Below, piece after piece: positions 26,301-39,548 of a stretch of 64,000 nucleotides of DNA; position 1 is the stretch's first letter; each line of letters opens with the position of its first letter. Source of the stretch: Phoronis australis (lineage: Eukaryota; Animalia; Phoronida); NCBI GenBank assembly GCA_002633005.1, contig NMRA01000149.1, positions 378,192 through 442,191 of the forward strand. The letters are read 5' to 3'. The translations under genes were made by a program, and so were the position numbers. The notes under the pieces are model-generated. The model made no database searches, had not been told where the DNA came from, and worked only from the letters and a program-made list of their open reading frames with translations.

Positions 26301-28595
26301 TAAATATGGCAGTGATTTCTCCCCAAGGTTATTTGTGGATGCACTTCTCGGTTGTCAAAAGACAAGCAATGTCGAAATGCTTCATCTTTTTGAGTTCTGC
26401 ACCTAGGTTCCTTCAGACATTGTTCTGAAAATTTTGGGCACACCCAACAAAGTTTGAAGCCACTGAAAAATGAAAAAGGACAATTATGGCAAATAGTTTA
26501 GTCCAAAATCAATGAGATTTTACTTCGGATGACCTGCTACTGGGCAATATATGTCTTGTGAAAATTGTTTATGTGGATTTGATTGATGTTTATGTGGTTC
26601 ACAAATATGAGATAACCCTTTGAATTGTGTTGGTCAGCTTAAAGTTATTCAACCAAGGCCTGGACACACTTATAAGAATGTGGTTGTGGTTTTATGTCCA
26701 GTTACATAATGGTGTGATTTTCAATTACTGTGGGTGTTTATTCATCATATGATGACACAGTTTGTCATGTGTATGATGTATGATTTGTATTGTCATGGGA
26801 TGCTCATAATGTACTCTCCTTCCTTATTAAGTTAGGAAAGACAACTCAGTGTATAACAACCTGTTATACAGGGGGTGTCCTTCCTAATAAAGTGACATCA
26901 CACACTGCACTGTGCCTTGTTATACAGGGGTGTCCTAGTACAGTCACAACATACTCCGTTCCTACACTGCCATGTCATACAGCTATACTGTCTTGATTTG
27001 CAAAGTTCAAAATTGAATTGAATGAAACGCGCCAGGCAAATTATTTTAATCATGAATAAATTGGAGGTTATAATTACTGTAAGGTTCCTATGAATTTCTT
27101 GATTTCTGATTGTGATGTTTCCATTTTGTCAGTGTGTTCATGTGCCCTCTTCAGTTCTCGTGGAAGTTCAAAGGAATGAAAAAAATAATCAAAATTGCCA
27201 TTTGAAAGAAATAAGTAATGCCATGCATGAGAGAGCCTGGAATTGGATTTTAGAATGCCAATAGCTTTTCAATTTAACTCGCTTAATCATGTTCTTTATA
27301 GTTTTGTGCCTTCAGAAGGGTTAAATGTCTATCTGAAAGGAGCGGGACATGTTCAGATACGTTTATATTGATTATAGACGTTTCTCATTGATCCTTTGTT
27401 TTAACAACATGATACCTTGATACCTTGAAAGTCTTATTATTGTGTTACCTGCTGATCATGAGATAGCGTATTTGTGGTATCATTACTGTACAACTGTTGT
27501 GCATGTCTATGTTGATGATGGCATGGCAGTTTTCACATTGGACATTTGCTGCTTTAACAAAATGAATTGAACTGGTCTAGCACCTGTTCTTGTGGATATT
27601 AGGTGTGCCAATCTGCTCCTCCACTCCAACTGATGCTGAAAGTCTCCAAGCGAACTATTGAATTGGAATATGGTGACGAAATGTTATGGAAGCCCATAAA
27701 TTGACACGAGGGATAAGAAACGCTCATTTTTATGATGCACTTGTTGAATGGACCAAGCTTGTTAGCTGTAAATCTGTTGTGTGGATTTGGGTGCAGAAAT
27801 GTTTACCAACTCTTCCTGGACTCCTAGCTATGAATTGATAGACGCAGTAATAGCTTGTCGGAATTCGGCAATGGGCAAATGACATGGACAAATGACTGAT
27901 AATCACGGCAATACTGGTACACTAAGTGGCGTGGTGCGCATAACATTCGGCCACTTAGTTGCATTGAGCACTAGAGATTCCAATGTTTAATATTCTTGTA
28001 TTCATTTCATCAAAATTGGATTTCGTAATTTGTTTCCTAAATATTGAAACGCGTTGAGTTTCTATCTGCATGATTCTCTATCGTCCTGGTCAACACTTCT
28101 TGTGTTTTTATTCCTGTCTGATCTATTCATAATCGCTGCTATTATACAAAGTCTTGTTGAAAATTCCTAACATTATCCTAGTGCTGAGGTTTGAACTGTA
28201 AACAAAATATTTTCCATATCCATTGATGGGCGTGCCAAGTTCAGGGGATCTTGTTTTTCTTGGTTTTGTCCAAGTGACCATTTGTTAAAGATCAACTTGT
28301 GTCGGCAAAAGGGCGTACTGAACCTGGAGTTGTGGCCTGTTCAGTCATTGCAATGTTAGGAACACTGACAGCCTGGATAGGATGTCATCAAGCATCTCTT
28401 ACTTGAACTGTCTGCACTGGACCAGTGTCCATGTCAAATGTGACAGTCTATTAAGTATTGGAAACCTGTTTGAGCAATTCATACCTGTATGGAGTTCACT
28501 GTGTTGCTTGTTTGAAAGCACACCGCTTTTTGTTTAAGGTTTGACTGGAATAGTCTAGGTCTTCTGGCATTTGCTTTGTTTTTTGTTTGGCACAG

Positions 28596-30164
28596 TTAAA
28601 TATGGTGCAGGAGTTGGTGATGGTGGATTTTGACACTAGTTTGTCAAGGAGTGATCAGAGCAGTATACCAGGCATTGGTGTGATGAGGCAGAGATCAATC
28701 AGCACTGTGGACAAGATAAGTAAAGATATTGGCTTAGTGAAGCCTGCTGTGTTGACCAGAAGTGAGGGGAGCGTGAGCGTTTTAGGATCTTCCTTGGACA
28801 GAAAAGGAAGCAGACGATTCAGAGAAATATCCATCCCGCCACGGAGTGATTTAGCTGCTTTGGAGAAAAGGAAAGGAAATTTAAAGGGGAAAGCTGGAAC
28901 TGATGGAGAGGAGACTGGCCTGCTTAAACCCAGTGAAGAATTAGAGCTTAGAGAAGTCAAGAATGGTAATTCAGCTAACAATAGCTGTGTTAACAATAGT
29001 GTGTTTTATAGGCTTTACCCAGAGGTGGACAAAAGAGGTGGTTGCTTGAATGGGGCCAGTGACTGTAGAACTCACATAGACTATAATACTGCTGTAGTGG
29101 AAGTTGATGCGAGTCGCAACCGTGCACACAAGGAGTCTGTCTCCATTTCCAGTCCACCAGGGTACAGTGTTAGAGACAAGGGTTGGTGTGTGGCTGTGGG
29201 AGCATTTGAACAGACGTTGGCCTATAGTGAAGTGTTGAGTGGACAGGAGATGGAGCTGATGTCACCTCCCCGCCAACCTGCGCGAGTATCTAGCAGGAGT
29301 GTGGGGCGTCGCAAGGTTAGTCGTTCACAGAGTGGTTCTGGCGTCATCGTGGAGGTGGCGCCGGATGAGAATGCTGACTTGGCAGCTTGTGACATGTACA
29401 GTCGGAAGATCGAGCGTCAGGCTAGCATCAGCCAATGGGAGAAGAAAGAAGCGCGCCGTAACGCAGAGGACAAGATCTATTATAAACCACATGTTGGCTC
29501 ACCTACCACTCCGCCATATAGGAGAATCACTGGTCATGTCACATTTGGCCTTCCACCAAAAGATGAAGACAGTTGGGAAACTGTGTCGGAGCCCGTAGTC
29601 GAGTCATATATCCCAAAGTTGTATCAAGGTGTTGGTCACAATGCTGACATGTATGCTCGTAAAATTAAGAGTCCAATTGTATCTGCAGACGCTACAGATA
29701 GATATCCTGTGACCTCTCAAACGTTACCACGGAGGTTGTCCAGTAATCGTATGGTCAGTGCGGAGGCTTGGGACAGCTCTTCATTACTAAGCACACAGAG
29801 TGATGCCTATTGCTATCAACCTATGTCACGTAACTCACAGAAACTGTCTTACAGCTCTACGTCCTACACACCTACTTATGAAGGAACCTTTAATTATGAT
29901 GAGGTATTTGTGACAAGTCCGAGTCAAGACGGGAAATCTTCACGTAGTCCAAAGCATGTTGTTTTTGTTGACAATGCTAAGCAGTCAAAAGCACTAAGGA
30001 GAAGATGGAGTGAACGGATTGAGCGGAAAAACAGTGCCGATTTGTTGAGCCGTTGTCGCAGCATGGCGCAGTACGTACCTGCCCGGTCCTTGCGGAGACG
30101 ACGCACAGTCAGTGAGCACACGCCCAGACGAAGTACTGCTCGCTTCTCAACTGTTGGACGAAAA
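28596..30164 (+). CDS. AFDN: Large intronic coding exon (523 codons, Ser/Arg-rich, probably disordered) inside the PDZ-splitting intron
   Basis: 536-aa ORF in AT-rich DNA, bounded by a strong acceptor (ttgctttgttttttgtttggcacag) and donor (aaa|gtaggt), both phase 0. ATG at 28602 in aatATGg context. No transposase or RT motifs recognised. Confidence 0.75.
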
Positions 30165-33100
30165 GTAGGTGGTTATTGTTATGCTTGTATTTCTTGAGGG
30201 TCTGCAAGATTGATTGTTTTGGGAAGTTTGTTTAATTTGTAGCGTTTGTGTGTATGTTCTGTCACTTTCTGTCCTGTCCATGGAATGAGAAATTCTGAGA
30301 AACCTGCATTGTGCGTTAATGGTCACGTGCGAAATATTCCGTGTTCATTGAATATAGAGGGATGGAGCTGTGGGCATTTGAGGTCTACATAAAATCACAG
30401 TCTTAATGAAGTTGCTGGTCTTTTCCATTACATGACTTCAATACATTGCTTCAGTTTGCGCTGAGGTTACTAAACTATAAGTGGGTTTTTCAAAATCAAC
30501 CATTGCTGTTGCACATTTTAGAACGGGAATTGCTTTATGAATACACTAAAAACCTTATTTTGGTTGGGGTTTGTTGTTTCATTTTCATCCATTCAAAAAT
30601 GTCTTCATTTGAGTTGCATTCCATTAGTGGCTGTGGTTGTGTAGGTTTCCTTTCATTTTGGATCTCTCCTACATACTGTTCAAAATCCAAACCAACTTCT
30701 AGTTGGCACTACATGAGTAACTCCGTTAGTGACTGGAGCTACTTTTTATAAACATGCATTGGATTTCTGTACTGGTAGCCCCACCTGTTGGTCCCAGATT
30801 CTGTTGTCAGAGCAATTTGACGTGATCTTATCTGCTCCCTCAGCTAGTATCTCGACTATTTAATCTATTTCGCCTGTTTTCCCCACTTATAATCAAAAGA
30901 CCTATTTTGAGTTTGTGTTGCTTGGCTGTGTGAACATGATCAAAATGTTAATTATTCTGCTGGCCCTTAGTATGATAAGAATCTTCTACAGATTAGTAAA
31001 TGTGCCATTATAGGTTTTACCTTTTAACCCAGTCAATTCCAACTTTTATACTTGCAAAGTTTTCTCTAATAACAAATTTGGGTGTCGCAAAAGCTCTCAA
31101 TTAGCTCGGCCATTGTGCGAGCCGAATTTTGATTCTGTTTCCAACAGCTTGGCAAAGGTGACTTTTCTAAGGCGAGAATGTAGCTTTTGTGATGGAACTT
31201 TGGACAAGTGTTGTTTGACCAGCATAAAAATGTTGGGGACGCGTGTGCCATTATGCTGGGGCATAGCTGCATTGTTAGTGCCTAACACGGTCAAGATGAA
31301 TGTGTCAATTGTTTCGTAAAATATCCAAAATTTCAAGTCCTGTGAAAGAAATGTTTTGAAGGAGCTTGTTCATTTAATACATTTTAGTGTAGGCGACTTG
31401 TGCAGTTCAAATTGCATATCTTAGTGAGCAAATATACACCATAATTTCCTCTTAGTTTGGTTGAATTCACATGTTAGGAAGTAATGGGGTGGTTAATGTA
31501 GAAATAAATTGTACAGGGGTTGCTGTCATTTACTATTGTCAGCGATGTAAAAATCTAGCACTTACATTAGATACATGGCCAATGGCAAGGAGCAAATCTG
31601 CTATTGTATTGAATCATAACAGCAGTGTTGTAAATTTCATAACCAGGATTCAGGGTTAAGTGGGCATGAATTTTACAATGGCTGTGTTGTTAACATTAAA
31701 TTGTGGCAACATTTGTGTAAACCTATTCCAGATTTATAGTCTCAGTTTATTAAGGAAAGATTTACAAGCTCTGTCAGGCTGGATTTAGTTTTTATCATAA
31801 CATTTGAAGGGTGGGGTGTCACAACGAAATGACGGTTTAATTTTTAGATTATTCTATTTGGTTTGTGTCGCTGCATTGTGCCAGGCCAGCCGAGTGTTTA
31901 GACAGCTAGACGGCTATTGTGCCCTTCAAACGCTTATTGAATCGCACAGAAATGGCTGCCACAGCCAGCCATTTGCATATGAATAGCGCCAATTTAGTGT
32001 AGTGTGCATTTTCATTCAGTCGTATGTGTGCGTTTAAATCAATGTCAAACCTCACGACGAGGAAGGCTTTCCTCCAACGAAATGGCTTGTAGGTGTTGAT
32101 CATCCAACTTCATCACTGAAAACCGGTTTGGATTCTTAGTGTCTCTTGTTTTATTTGGAGTCGTCACACTTGGTTGCCTGTACTGGATCCTTGAAGATAT
32201 CCTTATTGGTTGTTTACGTAGCCAGTGGCTTTAAATGACGTGTTGTGGCAATACCTGCAATATTGGTGTGCAATGCTTGAAAGGAATGTCGCACTTTCTT
32301 GGTGACTTTTTGTAACTCTATTGTTCCTCAAGTGCTGATTTTCAACCAAAGAATTGTTTCCCACCCGTCCTGCCGTGGTGTAGGTGTGCAGTCATTTTTT
32401 ATAGTGGAAAGTTCACTAATCTCTTTAACTGCTGCTGTCAACAGCCCTAAGACAGGCTTGTGTTTGGGAAACTATTCAAGCAAGGATAAGCCCTGTTGAG
32501 GACAAGACACTTTGACAAGTTGTGTATTGTGTACAGCTGAGTTGGAAGTGTTTTGAACATCATAGAGTTGTGGTTAGGTAGTATATCTGTAGATTGTTTA
32601 TCTACTGCTAGGTAAGTCTACTGTGTTATAGTATGTGAGTTTCTAAGATAATTCTTAAGGGTTATTTAGTTGTCAAGAAAATCTATGCATTAATAGGTCA
32701 ACTTTTGTAAATACCTTACTTCACAGAAGTGTCTTTATGCGCAATTTTCCGTTTCTCTGACTTCCATAAAAGTTCATCATTGTAGTAATTTCATATTGGT
32801 AGCTAGAGAAGGTGATAAACTGTCATTGCTATTTTACATTGAACGTAATGTGAGCAGTGCACAAGGAGCCTAATAAGCACTCTACTCCCTTTGTGCAATC
32901 CTAATTTGTCAACACCTGTAATTTCACCTAATTTTGAACCTCAAAGGGTCCTCTGGAATACAGCAATGTCAACACGAATAGATCGAATAGATCGCCTTAG
33001 GTATTCCCCACTGATCCTGAGACTTTTTGGTGAAAAGTCAACCACACTTTAAACAGCAGGATACCAAAGTTGTATTAGCTCCCCTGAGGCATCAGACAGA

Positions 33101-36100
33101 TCTTTGTTTGCTTAGACAGTTGTGTAGTGGCTTTAAAGGTCATTATGTTGCCTGATGATGAGCAGGATGGGCCAGTAAAATTTAATTCAATTTGTATCAA
33201 ACTAAAATAAAAATTAGGGAGTCTAATCTGAGCTGAAATGTGTTTTGGTGGGAGACATTAAGATCAAGTCATTAGTGAAGTGCATGAGGTGCATGAGGTG
33301 CATGTCTTGGTCTGCAGTATCTAAACTAAAGTGATGAGACTGGAGCTGGTAGAGGTGTTGCCTTTGAATCTGTAGTGAGGATCACATCCACACATGCGCA
33401 TTGTTTCTTCCAAACCTCTTTGCCTGACTGACTTATTTTGATTTTTAAACAAAGCTACCTGTAATTAGATTTATTTGACTTGTAAAAAGGTTGTTGCCTC
33501 ACTTGTATATGCGAACAAGTTGTGTAACTCTGACTCTGTTGTACAAAAATGAGATGAGAAAATAGTGTTTCTATTTTGAGAACATCCAGTTGTTGTAATG
33601 TGTGTTTTCTCACTTGCTCAACATTGCCTGTCATCCACATCTACTGTATGGCTTGTTTGACAACAGTGCCTGTATCAATTTACATGGCTGTCCCTTTCTT
33701 TTTCTGTCTCGATCCTTTGATAGAAAGCACTTTTCTTTGGCTTTATTTGAAAGTTGTCCAGCTCTTATTTGCCGAAGATGTGTGCTAACTTGACTGTGTG
33801 GTGGCCTTGTTTAGTGTGCTCTGTTAGCCAACTGACTATAAACACATGCTAGGCTTCTTAGTTGGAATCAATTTGTGAATGCATTGTTTAAATGTTTAAC
33901 TGTAAAGTTGTGTTTAGTATTTGAAATTTTGAATGTACAAAAATTTAGCCATTTGAAGTATCACATGTAAAATTAGTCTCACCAATTTCGGACCAAAATT
34001 AGTGCCAAAATTAGTCTTTTATTTTTGAAGGTTTCGAAGGTTGTTCTGAATCCCTACAGTGCCTCAGAATTACTGGTGTAGATCTCAAAAATTATTATTT
34101 ATTTGTGGCTGCTTGAAAAAATGACTTGTTTGCCATATCGAGGTACTTCTATGTAACAAGGCAATGAAACAAAAATCTATATAACGTTTGTGTTCTTTAA
34201 TAAAATGGAGCTCTCTCAAATATGAAACATTTTAATTAAACGCGGACTAGAACAGTGGAGTTCATCCAATATCTTCCATTTTTGTTTGGTGCCATTTGAG
34301 TGCCTAATTAATTATGGAGGGCCAAACTCGTTGGAAATATATGTTACAGTATAGGGATGACCTGTGTTTGTAGAAAGTCCAATCTATTCTCTCACGCCTG
34401 TGATAAGACTTGTGTAATACCTGTCTGCTTGGATACACAAGAATCCTTGCCCTAGTGTTTGGCTGGGGGGCCTTATCTATGTTGCAGTCTCAGTTAAGGG
34501 TAATTTTGAACTGCATGTGGTTATCTCATGCTCTTTTCTTATTAATTGCTGTTTAACCAGGTTGTTTAACCAAGGGGGCTTTTAAAATAGTTGGTGGATA
34601 TTTACAAGCCAGTTTGTGCTGTGAAACTGTCCCAGTCATTAAAAGTCTCATAAGCGGTTAGCCTGTGTTTGTCACCTTCATTGGTTGGCGGTAGGATCAA
34701 CATTTGGTAACTGTATTTTTGTTTTTTGCCTGACCCAGGTATGTACTATGCATTGTAAATTCTACTGGCTAGTGATATGATTATAAGATACAGGTTTGCT
34801 ACATTTGTATAGCAGTGATTAGATATTTATAGCCTTTAATTGATTGTTGGCAACTTTATGGTGAACAGTTGAGTTAATGGAATGGGTAAACCTGCCGTGT
34901 TTCTTTTTCTGGTAACTTGTGGTTTTTCATTTAATGCTTCACTCCACTGCAAGTGTACAGTTTCTGTATCAGAGGGTGTGTTCAACTTGTTAGCAGTGTA
35001 CAACTGTGTTGAGGAAGGACTCTCTTAGAACAATTAAGTACTGCCTTAAAGTCTTCTTAATATTATAGATATTTTTAATCTATTAGAACTGGCATTTTAA
35101 AAACACGAAATGAGGCATTCAGCTTTAATCTTCGATTCCGACTATACAAGCTACCTGGAAAAATCGTGGTTGCGTTAATCTGAACTGTTTACCAATCTTG
35201 TTCGCTGATTGTTGTCACCAGTGAGTTTTATAATGCATTAGCCTGTATTTCCTTTCTCTGGACTACAATGTTTTCATAAAACTTGAGTGAAAGCCTGTCG
35301 TTAGCGCATTTATTGAATGTAGGTATAACATTATGAATGCACCGTTGTGTTGCTGTGTTTGTGTTATACTGCATTTCATGAGTAGTTGGCATGCTGGTCT
35401 CAAATTCTTATTCTGGGGTTTAGTTTTATTATTAAAGTGTTGGGTATGGCATTAGCCAGTGCTCTTGTATGTTTTGTGTTTCATTTGGTGGTCAGTATGT
35501 AGGCCTCATAGTGGGGGAAGCTGGCCTTTTGAAACATTGAGAAAACCAATATTTATGGTAGTCTTACTTTAAATTTTTACTGAAGTAATATTTATGTCGT
35601 GCAGTCTGTAACATTATGCTTCATTAGTCCTAGAAGCACACGTTTTTAACCCTTATTAAATGGTTAGAAGACATAAGAAACTAAGCAGTACTTATCCTAT
35701 AACCAATATGCAGTTCCCAGTCGAAGAAAGTTGAAATAAACAAGCTACTCTGGGTTCTGACTCGAAGAACGCACCGCCATTTTGAACTAACTGCGGAATT
35801 GGAAGTAAAATTCATTCAGGAACTCTGGCTTAAGAACGCTGACTTAGCGACTGTAACAGTGTATTTTACCAGCCTGCAAACAGGGATAAAATAATCGATA
35901 GCGGACCTTATCTTTAATAAAACCAAATTAGAGACCATTTGTATTGAAATTGTTGACAAAATGTGGCTAAAAATTTTGACTGAGATTATTTTGCCGGACT
36001 GGATCTGCAGTCGATGACCAGGTGCAAATCGAGACCAGCACTGGCGAAAGGCGAAGGCTGCCGTCTCGGCTGTTTTATCGAAATAAATGGTTCAAATCGT

Positions 36101-36845
36101 AAATGCCGTATACACACAAAGATAGTTTCAGACACTTGCATAAAATTATGGACTAGTCACAGTGTTGTGCCAACGATTGAATAACAAGGCCCGTGACTAA
36201 GGCAACTAGGCTAAGTATGTTTTACTGGGTGTAATTAACAAACACACAAATTATAACTACTGTAATGGTTATGCAAGTTTTACCGTAGGTTACTGTCACT
36301 TCAAAAATTGAGCGCTTTTGTTAACGGATTTACTTCCCATTCTATAACTGTGGTACCTTGCGATTGAAAAGCTCATTGGATTACATGGTCCACATTTAAT
36401 ATGTGACAACGTCTTGAGGAGGCTTGTGGGCACTTGCCAAACTTGTCCTAACCCCCTTCTCACTATCTCACTAGTCCTTTTGACTACATATTTCTATGTG
36501 TGGCTCCGCTTTTGTCATATTTACTGTTGTTAACCACTTATCGTTTACTATTTTATGAAATCTAATAACTTGTTTTATTGAGTCTAATGACCAATCTATT
36601 TTACCCAGTTTTGTGTAGTATTTCCTGTTAGGCCAACGATGGACAGGCACTCAATAGTTGCTAGAGTGACGCTTGCGTGATTTATGATTCGCAGATTATG
36701 TTGTCAGCTGTGAAAAATAAAATGCCAGAGTTATTAAATGCCCTTTAGACACATTATCAGAGTTTTTTTCGTAGTCTATAAAGCCAAGGCAGTTTGAGCA
36801 AGACTGTGTTGCATAGCTCAAGTGTGGTGTATAAAGTAGTGAACA

Positions 36846-37155
36846 AACTGCAGTCCTGCAGCAGTCGTACAGCTATGCTTGCTATTACAAATTGCCGTCC
36901 TGCAGCAGTCATATAGCTATACTTGCTATTACAAACTGCTGTCCTGCAGCAGCCGTACAGCTATGCTTACTATTACAAACTGCTGTCCTGCAGCAGTCGT
37001 ACAACTGTGCTTGCTATTACAAACTGCTGTCCTGCATCAGTCGTACAGCTATGCTTGCCATTACAAACTGCTGTCCTGCAGCAGTTGTACAGTTATGCTT
37101 GCCATTACAAACTGCTGTCCTGCAGCAGTTGTACAGCTACGCTTGCTATTACAAA
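36846..37155. repeat. 44-bp minisatellite, about 7 copies (TGCTATTACAAACTGCTGTCCTGCAGCAGTCGTACAGCTATGCT)
   Basis: Visible tandem array. It explains the three overlapping repetitive ORFs. Confidence 0.95.
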
Positions 37156-38878
37156 TTTCAACCCATCCTCATGCTGTAGTAAAATAGTTGAATTTGATAT
37201 TTAAGACCTTTGGGTGCTTCTTGTTTGCCTCCCCTTCTTCATTTTGTAGCTCTACAAGTTTTACTAAAAGACTAATAAAAACTGGTGGCTTTCTATTTTT
37301 GGGATGTAGCTTATTGGTAATGTGTAACTTTTTGAGTATTCCACATGTTCCCAGTTGGAGGTGTGCCAAACGAATATAGTGTTTTTCATTGCCACTTACC
37401 AAGACTCACCTTTCTTGTAACCTGTCTGCTTCTTACATTGCTCTATTTCATGTCTAAGTGTTAATATTTTTAATATCATTTTGGATCATATTTAAGATAC
37501 TACATCATACTTAAGATTAGAAGTAAAACCATACCTCTATGTGGTTTGATAGGTACACTGACTTTATAAAATGAAACTTTCCCCCAGAGAATGGCCTGTA
37601 TAAAAAGTTTACAAAACATTGCAATATTTGCGCGATTAATTTTGAACAATAAATCATTTGATAATTAGTTATCCTCATAGCAATAACTTGGATCTGTATA
37701 ATGTACATTACATAGGATGGAGTAATTACTCTCCAAATAATTCAGGGATTAACTAGTTTATGATTGTCTAGTTATAAGGTAATTTTGTGTTAATTTTCTA
37801 TTTGGCTTAACTTTCTATTTTGTTAATAATTGTGACTAGGGAGTAACTGCTCTTGCCTCACCATAAAATAGTAACAGAATATGTGTTTAGCTGTCCTCAA
37901 TGTGGTACAAAGCCCTGGTGAGATTAGTCTTAAATCATTGACCAACTAGAAGTTGTATTCAGGCACCTTTCCAATGAGAAGTGAATGTAACTCGAAATAA
38001 CAACTTGAGGAATTTGTTAGTTATGAATTCACGCTCAGTATAATGGTCAACATTACCTTGACAATTGGCCGAAAAACTTTAATGTTGTTATTGCTGCCTG
38101 GGTGAGAGCTTGTTTTGAGCAGCGTGTATTAGAAATAACTAGTTTCAATATCCTTGTATTTAGAGCCTTACTCCTATGTACCAAATACAGAGTACTTCTC
38201 TAACTGAACTTACTTTGAATTAGAATGATTGTGTCGTGATGTAACTGATTGCAAAGGATTTTCTACTTGGGCCTGAAAAAATAGACACAGAAATTCTATG
38301 TCTTAGTAAACTATATGTTGGGTCATAGTTTCTCTTGCTAAAAGCCAAGCTGTGAGCTACGCTGACCAACCTTTTGTTGCAATTTTGTGATGCAAAATGG
38401 AATGATCATCTCATCAATAGCTTTTTCTTCACAAATATTCCTGGCAGGGAGCAATAACCCTTACTGATATGGCCATCCTGTTATACTCTGGGTTTTTAAT
38501 AATTCACCTATTGGTATTTGGCTTTTGTTTTGGTTGAATGGCCTGTCCATGATGTAATGTGATTGTTATTTTGGCAACCTGACACTATTCTCAGTCTGTG
38601 TTTGTCTAGACATTTGGGTGTCAAATTACTGTCAATTTCCACAAGTTGCATTTGGTTGCTAGGCATCAACTATTTGTGTAAATATATGACAGTTTCAAAT
38701 TGATTTTTGGATTGCTGTGTAAAGTTTTCATTCAAACTCAAGTAGTGTTTAAAAGCATGCATAGAAATTGATTTGAAATATACCTGGAGTGCTTCATTCC
38801 ATGATATTAAATGTGAAGTTGATGGCAGATTGGATTGATCATTTTCTGAATATTAATTAGTTTAACTATGTTGAATGA

Positions 38879-38927
38879 TTTTATGTGTAATTTTATGTGT
38901 AATTTTATGTGTAATTTTATGTGTAAT
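38879..38927. repeat. 12-bp tandem repeat x4 (TTTTATGTGTAA)
   Basis: Visible directly. Confidence 0.9.
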
Positions 38928-39482
38928 TACAGCTTCTTTGCATCTTCCATCCACTCATGATTTTTTGGGCACACCAGAAAAAACTCTGAAAATTTTTGTG
39001 AATTCATGAAAATATATCCGCTGTTCAACAGTCCTCTTGTTAACTTTTTGCTTAAATACAAGCTTGAGAATTGTTGGAATAAAAATAAGTTCTGGCTGCC
39101 CTTCATTTCCTTCCATTCTCATTCATTTCTCATGACACCTACACTCACTCCATCTTGTCAAAACATTCTTTCACTGTTGAAAAATAATACACTGGGTAGC
39201 ATATGAACACTCCCAAACATGTCAAAAAATTGAGAAATGTGAAATGCATAGTACTATATGCATTTTTAATGAAAACTGTTCTGAATGTTGACTTTCTTAT
39301 GTTAAGATATGTTAATTATAACTTATTATTCATGGCACCCAGTGTGTTAATTTTCATTTACCACCTCATGATTGTGTGACTGGCGTTGACCACTGTTGTG
39401 TGTTTGCATGACCTGCTTCTTATTCCAAATGCTTTACCAGTTGTAGATCTGTGACTGATGTCATTCTTCGACTCTTTTCCAG

Positions 39483-39548
39483 GGCGAGCATCAGAAGGAT
39501 CGTGGTATTTATGTCAAATCTGTTGTACCAGGGGGAGCTGCTGCTTTA
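39483..39548 (+). CDS. AFDN: Afadin exon, PDZ bC-aA
   Basis: ttccag|GEHQKDRGIYVKSVVPGGAAAL|gtaagt. Confidence 0.95.

Noticed and set aside
36879-37204. Three overlapping Cys-rich ORFs
   Set aside because: Products of a 44-bp tandem repeat.
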